From: an uncultured bacterium
GTDB lineage: Bacteria; Planctomycetota; UBA1135; GCA-002686595
NCBI GenBank assembly: GCA_943787795.1
Contig: CALSNU010000001.1
Location: 992,001-1,056,000 of the forward strand
Direction of reading: 5' to 3'
Length of the DNA stretch: 64,000 bases
The notes below the pieces were generated by a model. The model saw only the letters and a program-made list of their open reading frames with translations. It made no database searches and was not told the origin of the DNA. Shown in pieces: positions 58,462 to 64,000 of this stretch. The position numbers were made by a program, and so were the translations under genes. Within the stretch, counting starts at the first letter, position 1; each line of letters begins with the position of its first letter.

Positions 58462-60258
58462 GTGATCTCACTCTCCAGCCTGAGCCTCGCGGCGGCCGCC
58501 TCTGCGGGCCTCCTTGCCCTGCCGTCTCCCTCGGACATCTCCGCGGCCAGCTTCACGGGTGTCCAGCCGTCGCCGTCGACGCCTTCCTCTCCTTTGAGCC
58601 CTGGCGGCTCGGCTGGCCAGCCGACCCTGCCGGCCCCCGGCGCCCCGCTCGCAAGGGTAGAGCGGCCCCGGCTGGTGGTCCTGCTATCCGTGGATCAGAT
58701 GATCCCTGAGCAGTTCAGCCGGCTGCGTCCTGCCTTCACCGGGGGATTCGCGCGGCTCCTGCAGGAAGGGACGGTCTTCGACGCGGCGACCCTGGACTAC
58801 GTCCGAACGGAGACCGGGGCCGGCCACACGACGTTCTCGACCGGGTGCCTGCCCAGGAGCCACGGGATTGTCGGGAACGGGTTCTTCGACCAGGAGGCCG
58901 GCAGGTTCCGGTACTGCGTCGAGGACCTGGAGGCCGCCTCGATGACCTCCGCAGGTCGAATCGAGGCGCCTGCCACGGGACCCGGGGCGGGCCAGGGACA
59001 GCGCTCTCCTCGAAACCTGGCTCGCCCCACCCTCGGCGAGTACCTCCAGGCCCAGGTCCCGGGCGCCAAAGTGGCGTCGGTCTCGGCCAAGGACCGGGCG
59101 GCCATCGGCATGGGGGGGCGATCGGACGGCGCCGTGCTCTGGTGGGACAAGCTGGGAGCGGGCTTCGTCACCTCGACCTGGTACGCGGACCAGCTCCCCG
59201 ACTGGGTGAATGAGTGGAACGCGACCTGGCTCGAGCGAGCCGGTGGCTGGGAGTGGACTCCGGAGCTCCCCGCTGACGTGGAGCAGCTCGGCACTGCTCC
59301 TGACGAGCGGCCGGGTGAGCGTCCGTTCGGCGCTCGAGGGATCCAGTTGCCCTACACCCTGGGCGACGCCACGAGCGCGGCGCGCCTCGCGGGCGAGGTC
59401 TACCAGACCCCGCTGGTGGACCAGTTCACGGCGCAGATGGGTCGCATGGCCCTGCGTGAGATGGAGCTCGGGATGGACGATGCCACGGACCTGCTCGCCA
59501 TGAGCTTCTCCGGGTGCGACGTGGTCGGCCACGCGTTCGGACCGTACAGCCACGAGGTCACGGACCTGCTGCTGCGCCTGGACCGCGAGCTGGGTTCGTT
59601 CTTCGACGAGCTGGATGAGCGCGTGGGCAAGGGCCGCTGGGTCGCGGCCCTCAGCGCCGATCACGGCGTGCTCCCGCTGCCCGAGTACGTGGCGGATCGC
59701 GGCGAGCCCTCGCGCCGGGTCCCCCTGGCCGAGGCGGGGAGCTTCACGGCCAAGGTGAGCCTCGAGCTCTCCGAGGTGCTGGGGCATCGCGTGCGGATCT
59801 ACCGCCGAGACGGGGGGCTGGTCATGGACCGGCGCGACCTGGGGGCGGCAGGACTCGCGGTCGACGACGCGTGCGACCGCCTGATCGAGGTCGCCCGGGC
59901 GGCCGTGGCCTCCACGGACTGGGTCCAGAGCGCCCACGACTATCGCGCGGTCGCCGCCCTGACGGAGGAGGCCACGGGTGAGGAGATCCTCCTCCGCAAC
60001 ACCTACTTCCCTGGCCGCACCCCGGACGTGGTGCTGCTGAAGGCACCTGGCGTCCTGGTCCCCAGCGGTCTGGGGACGTCCCATGGCTCGCACCACATCT
60101 ACGACCGGCGCGTTCCGCTGGTCTTCATGGGCGCGGGCGTCTCACCCGGGACGCGCAGTGATCGGGTCGGGTCAGAGGACGTCGTGCCCACCCTGCTGAC
60201 CCTCCTGGGGTGCACCCCTGTGGAGGGCCTGGACGGGACGGACCTCGGCCTCCGCTGA
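58462..60258 (+). CDS. Alkaline phosphatase superfamily protein (PafA-like, nucleotide pyrophosphatase/phosphodiesterase fold), secreted
   Basis: 'VVLLSVDQM', 'TETGAGHTT', 'HGIVGN', 'SAKDRAAI', 'DVVGHAFGP', 'SADHG', 'HGSHHIYDRRVPL'. Confidence 0.93.
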   Translation: MISLSSLSLAAAASAGLLALPSPSDISAASFTGVQPSPSTPSSPLSPGGSAGQPTLPAPGAPLARVERPRLVVLLSVDQMIPEQFSRLRPAFTGGFARLLQEGTVFDAATLDYVRTETGAGHTTFSTGCLPRSHGIVGNGFFDQEAGRFRYCVEDLEAASMTSAGRIEAPATGPGAGQGQRSPRNLARPTLGEYLQAQVPGAKVASVSAKDRAAIGMGGRSDGAVLWWDKLGAGFVTSTWYADQLPDWVNEWNATWLERAGGWEWTPELPADVEQLGTAPDERPGERPFGARGIQLPYTLGDATSAARLAGEVYQTPLVDQFTAQMGRMALREMELGMDDATDLLAMSFSGCDVVGHAFGPYSHEVTDLLLRLDRELGSFFDELDERVGKGRWVAALSADHGVLPLPEYVADRGEPSRRVPLAEAGSFTAKVSLELSEVLGHRVRIYRRDGGLVMDRRDLGAAGLAVDDACDRLIEVARAAVASTDWVQSAHDYRAVAALTEEATGEEILLRNTYFPGRTPDVVLLKAPGVLVPSGLGTSHGSHHIYDRRVPLVFMGAGVSPGTRSDRVGSEDVVPTLLTLLGCTPVEGLDGTDLGLR

Positions 60259-60276
60259 GGCCTCAATCGCGGGCGC

Positions 60277-61104
60277 TCAGATGGCCGCGTGGACGGCCAT
60301 GAGCTCGTCAAGCACCGCGGGCATGTGATCGAGCAGCACCATGTTCGGCCCATCCGAAGGGGAGCTGTCAGGGTCGGGGTGCGTCTCCATGAAGAGCCCG
60401 TGGACCTCGCCCGTGGCGACGGCCGCGCGGGCGAGTAGCGGGACCAGGGTGCGGTCGCCGCCGGTTCGGTCGCCGAGGGCGCCGGGACGCTGGACGCTGT
60501 GGGTGGCGTCGAAGATGACGGGGTGACCGGTCTCGCCGAGGTCGCGCAGGCCGGCCATGTCGACCACCAGCCGCCCGTAGCCGAAGGAGGTGCCGCGCTC
60601 GGTCACCATGGCCGCCGGGCCGCCCGAGTCGGTGATCTTCTTGACGACGTTGGCCATATCCCACGGCGCGAGGAATTGCCCCTTCTTGACGTTGACCGGC
60701 TTGCCCGTGCGCGCAGCGGCCACGAGGAGGTCCGTCTGGCGGCAGAGGAAGGCGGGGATCTGGAGGAGGTCGACCACCTCCGCGACGGCCGCGCACTGCT
60801 CGGGGAGGTGGACATCGGTCACCACCGGCACGCCGATCTCGGCCTTGATTTCCGAGAGCCACTTGAGGCCCTCGTCCATCCCCGGCCCGCGGCCACCGCC
60901 GATGCTCGAGCGGTTCGCCTTGTCGAAGCTCGCCTTGAAGATGAAGGGCAGGCCTCGCTCGCTCATCAGGTCCCGGAGGGTCCCGGCGATGTCGAGGGCG
61001 AGCTGGCGTGACTGGAGCACGCAGGGGCCGGCGAGGAAGAAGAGGGGGCCGTTCCCGATGGGCTGGCCGCCGATCTCGAACGCGTGGGGTGCAGGGCGGG
61101 ACAT
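60277..61104 (-). CDS. kdsA: KDO 8-phosphate synthase
   Basis: 'AGPCVL', '[11 protein letters not shown]', '[12 protein letters not shown]', 'KKGQF', 'FDATHSVQ'. Confidence 0.98.
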   Translation of the reverse strand: MSRPAPHAFEIGGQPIGNGPLFFLAGPCVLQSRQLALDIAGTLRDLMSERGLPFIFKASFDKANRSSIGGGRGPGMDEGLKWLSEIKAEIGVPVVTDVHLPEQCAAVAEVVDLLQIPAFLCRQTDLLVAAARTGKPVNVKKGQFLAPWDMANVVKKITDSGGPAAMVTERGTSFGYGRLVVDMAGLRDLGETGHPVIFDATHSVQRPGALGDRTGGDRTLVPLLARAAVATGEVHGLFMETHPDPDSSPSDGPNMVLLDHMPAVLDELMAVHAAI

Positions 61105-61190
61105 GTGGGGAACCATAGCGACAGGCGGCGCGGGAGTGGGAGCGGATTCACGGCCCCGGTGGGATGCCTGGCTGGAGTACCCTTCCGGGC

Positions 61191-62138
61191 GTGGAACGTA
61201 CGACCTTGATCACCGGCGGCAGCGGATTCCTCGGGGCGCACGTGGTCGCCGCAGCGGTGGCGCGCAGCCAGGCCGAGGGCACCCTCGCCGAACCGCTCGG
61301 CCCGCTCGTCGTGGCCCAGTGCCGGAGCTCAGCGCTCCTCGCGCCGCGCTTCTGCTCGCCGCGCGAGGCGGCGCAGTGGATCGAGGCGGACCTCCTCGAG
61401 GGGCTCGCCGGTCTGCTGGAGCGGGTTCAGCCCACGGAGATCGTCCACTGCGCGGCGCTCAGCCGTGCCGCTGACTGCGAGTCGGATCCTGCGGGCGCCC
61501 GCGCATTGAACGCCGAGGTCCCCGGGCAGCTCGCGGCCTGGGCGTCCACCCACGGGGCGCGATTGGTCCATGTGAGCACCGACCTCGTGTTCGGGGCCGA
61601 GGATGCGCCCAGGGGAGGCTTCAGCGAGACCGCGGCCCCAGGTCCGGTCTCCGAGTACGGTCGGACGAAGCTCGAGGGCGAGCGCGCTGTTCTGGAGGCG
61701 CTGCCCACGGCCACCGTCGCGCGGCTCCCGCTGCTGTACGGGAACTCGGCGGGGCGTGGTCTCGGCGCGAGCGACTCGATCCTGGAGCAGGTTGAGCGAG
61801 CCGAGCGACCGCGCCTGTTCGTCGACGAGTGGAGGACGCCGCTCGAGGTCTCGTGCGCAGGGGCAGCCCTCGTGGAGCTGCTCGACTTCGAGGCTCCCGG
61901 TGTGGTCCACCTCGCCGGCCCGGAGCGGGTCTCCCGGTACGAGCTGGGCTTGGCTGTCCTCACGTCCATGGGACTTTCCCTGGAGGAGGCTGAGGCCGAG
62001 TTACAGCCGATCCGCCAGGAGGAGCTAGACGCGGGGGCGCCGCGGCCCAGGGACGTGTCGCTCAACGCCGCTCAGGCAGCCGAGGCCCTCTCCGTGGAGC
62101 TCCCGGGTGTGTCCTCTGGCCTCGCCAGGGCGCACTGA
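61191..62138 (+). CDS. dTDP-4-dehydrorhamnose reductase-like SDR oxidoreductase
   Basis: 'ITGGSGFLG', 'VHCAA', 'HVSTDLVF', 'YGRTKLEGE' (YxxxK), 'RPRDVSL'. Confidence 0.88.
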   Translation: MERTTLITGGSGFLGAHVVAAAVARSQAEGTLAEPLGPLVVAQCRSSALLAPRFCSPREAAQWIEADLLEGLAGLLERVQPTEIVHCAALSRAADCESDPAGARALNAEVPGQLAAWASTHGARLVHVSTDLVFGAEDAPRGGFSETAAPGPVSEYGRTKLEGERAVLEALPTATVARLPLLYGNSAGRGLGASDSILEQVERAERPRLFVDEWRTPLEVSCAGAALVELLDFEAPGVVHLAGPERVSRYELGLAVLTSMGLSLEEAEAELQPIRQEELDAGAPRPRDVSLNAAQAAEALSVELPGVSSGLARAH

Positions 62139-62251
62139 TCTCGTCCCGCCCAGGCGCCTCGAATCTGACGATCCGGCGGCGCGGGTTGACCGGCCCGCGC
62201 CCGTCGGATGCCATGTGCGCGCTCGACCGTCCCCGTCGGGCCCAAACTCCC

Positions 62252-64000
62252 ATGGATCTCTCGACGCGCTACACACCCAAGGACATCGAGGAGCCGCTCT
62301 ACACCAAGTGGAATGACTCCGGCTGCTTTCAACCGCCCGCCGAGGGCGAGGGGAGCGGCAAGCCGTTCACGGTGATGATCCCGCCGCCCAACGTCACCGG
62401 TGTCCTGCACATGGGGCACGCGCTGAACGGGACCGTGCAGGACATCGTGGTGCGCCACCGGCGCAAGTCTGGCTTCGACACCCTCTGGGTGCCGGGGACG
62501 GACCACGCGGGGATCGCGACCCAGGCCGTGGTCGAGAAGCGCATCTACGCCGAGGAGGGCAAGACCCGCGACGACCTCGGCAGGGAGGAGTTCCTGCGCC
62601 GGATCTGGGATTGGAAGGAGGAGCACGGGAACATGATCCTGCGCCAGTTCAAGAGCCTCGGCTGCTCGTGCGACTGGACCCGGACCAAGTTCACCATGGA
62701 CGAGGACATGTCCCTCGCCGTGCGCACGTCCTTCGTCGACCTCTGGGAGAAGGGCCTGATCTACCGCGGCGCCCGCCTCGTCAACTGGGACTGCGTGCTC
62801 CAGACCGCAGTCAGCGACGATGAGATCGAGTACGTCACGAAGAAGGGCAAGCTCTGGCACCTGCGCTACCCGATCACCGGGCGCGAAGGAGAGTTCCTCG
62901 TGGTGGCCACCACGCGGCCCGAGACCATGCTCGGCGATACCGGGGTGGCGGTGCACCCCGACGATGACCGCTACCGCGACCTCGTGGGCAAGACGGTCCA
63001 GCTGCCCTTCGTGGACCGCGAGATCCCCATCGTGGCGGACGACTCGGTGGACCCGGAGTTCGGCTCCGGCGCGGTGAAGATCACTCCCGGCCACGACCCT
63101 GCCGACTACGAGCGCGGCCAGCGGCACAACCTGCCGATCATCAACCTCCTGGAGAAGGACGGGTCCCTCAATGCCAACGGCGGGCCCTTCGCCGGCCAGA
63201 CGCGCGAGAAGGTCCGCAAGGACCTCGTGGCGCAGATGGACGAGATGGGCCTCCTCGGCGAGGTCGAGGACATCACGCACAACGTCTCCACGTCGGACCG
63301 CTCGAAGTCGCCGGTCGAGCCGCTCGTCAGCGAGCAGTGGTTCGTGAAGATGGAGCCGCTCGCGGAGCCGGCCATCGGCGCGCTCAAGAAGGGCGACCTG
63401 CAGTTCCGGCCCGAGCGTTGGGGCAAGGTCTACCTCCACTGGCTCGAGAACGTCCAGGACTGGTGCATCTCGCGCCAGCTCTGGTGGGGGCACCGGATCC
63501 CCGTGTGGTACGACGAGGACGACGTGGCGGTGGCGTCCGTCGACGGGCTCGAGATCGGGGACGCGCACCCCAAGACCGGCAAGCCCATCGTCCGCCAGGA
63601 CCCCGACGTCCTCGACACCTGGGCGTCGTCGTGGCTCTTCCCGATCGCCACCCTGGGCTGGCCGGACAAGGGCGCCTCGGACCTGGCGCGCTTCTACCCG
63701 ACGCAGTTCCTCTCGACCGCCCAGGAGATCATCTACCTGTGGGTCGCGCGCATGGTCATGGCGGGCTATGCCTTCATGCCGGAGCGCCCCGAGGGCGAGC
63801 GGAACCCCTTCTCGACCTGCTACATCCACGCGACCGTGCTCGACGCCAAGGGCAAGCGCATGAGCAAGTCGGCGGGCAACGGCATCGACCCGCTGGACAT
63901 GATCGAGCAGTACGGCGCCGACGCCGTGCGCTTCTCGCTCGTGCTCCTCACCAAGGAGGGGCAGGACGTGCGCCTGGCGCCCGACCGCTTCGAGCAGGGC
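62252..64000 (+). CDS. valS: Valine--tRNA ligase (3'-truncated by the window end; absent from the ORF track)
   Basis: Translated by hand: MDLSTRYTPKDIE..., PPPNVTGVLHMGHAL, GTDHAGIATQ, ATTRPETMLGD, DWCISRQLWWGHRIP, RMSKS. Confidence 0.98.
   Translation, partial: MDLSTRYTPKDIEEPLYTKWNDSGCFQPPAEGEGSGKPFTVMIPPPNVTGVLHMGHALNGTVQDIVVRHRRKSGFDTLWVPGTDHAGIATQAVVEKRIYAEEGKTRDDLGREEFLRRIWDWKEEHGNMILRQFKSLGCSCDWTRTKFTMDEDMSLAVRTSFVDLWEKGLIYRGARLVNWDCVLQTAVSDDEIEYVTKKGKLWHLRYPITGREGEFLVVATTRPETMLGDTGVAVHPDDDRYRDLVGKTVQLPFVDREIPIVADDSVDPEFGSGAVKITPGHDPADYERGQRHNLPIINLLEKDGSLNANGGPFAGQTREKVRKDLVAQMDEMGLLGEVEDITHNVSTSDRSKSPVEPLVSEQWFVKMEPLAEPAIGALKKGDLQFRPERWGKVYLHWLENVQDWCISRQLWWGHRIPVWYDEDDVAVASVDGLEIGDAHPKTGKPIVRQDPDVLDTWASSWLFPIATLGWPDKGASDLARFYPTQFLSTAQEIIYLWVARMVMAGYAFMPERPEGERNPFSTCYIHATVLDAKGKRMSKSAGNGIDPLDMIEQYGADAVRFSLVLLTKEGQDVRLAPDRFEQG

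Noticed and set aside
58462..60258. Phosphatase as the direct riboswitch target
   Set aside because: It is on the opposite strand and divergent, so the aptamer cannot be in its mRNA leader.
63850..63880. RMSKS instead of KMSKS in ValRS
   Set aside because: A conservative variant that keeps the catalytic second Lys.

Overview
This is a high-GC (about 70%) bacterial chromosomal window. Gene content (MoxR-DUF58-VWA-giant TPR cluster, ThuA-like and DUF1570 proteins, purA-uppS-cdsA-phoH-ybeY) suggests Planctomycetota, which is an inference. It holds about 40 CDSs. In order: a MoxR/VWA/TPR operon (1-16.4 kb); a secreted SNase-family nuclease and a HExxH protease bracketed by short tandem-repeat arrays; accessory and envelope genes; rpsO-pnp; a secretin/GspK pair; a housekeeping block; a FliA/WhiG-family sigma factor; a PafA-like phosphatase; kdsA; and the 5' part of valS. 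No tRNA, rRNA, CRISPR array or mobile element was recognised. Four signals are not resolved by the ORF track. (1) A canonical c-di-GMP-I riboswitch on the minus strand (58151-58227) has no recognisable gene downstream and points through about 650 nt of hairpin-rich sequence head-on into the sigma-28 gene. (2) A probable selenoprotein (22621-23154) has an in-frame TGA in a UxxC motif followed by a SECIS-like hairpin. (3) An ABC-F gene is broken by two +1 frameshifts in C8 runs. (4) A 'tentacle-less' Skp/OmpH-like protein precedes the secretin. All family assignments come from motif recognition by eye; no database searches were run.
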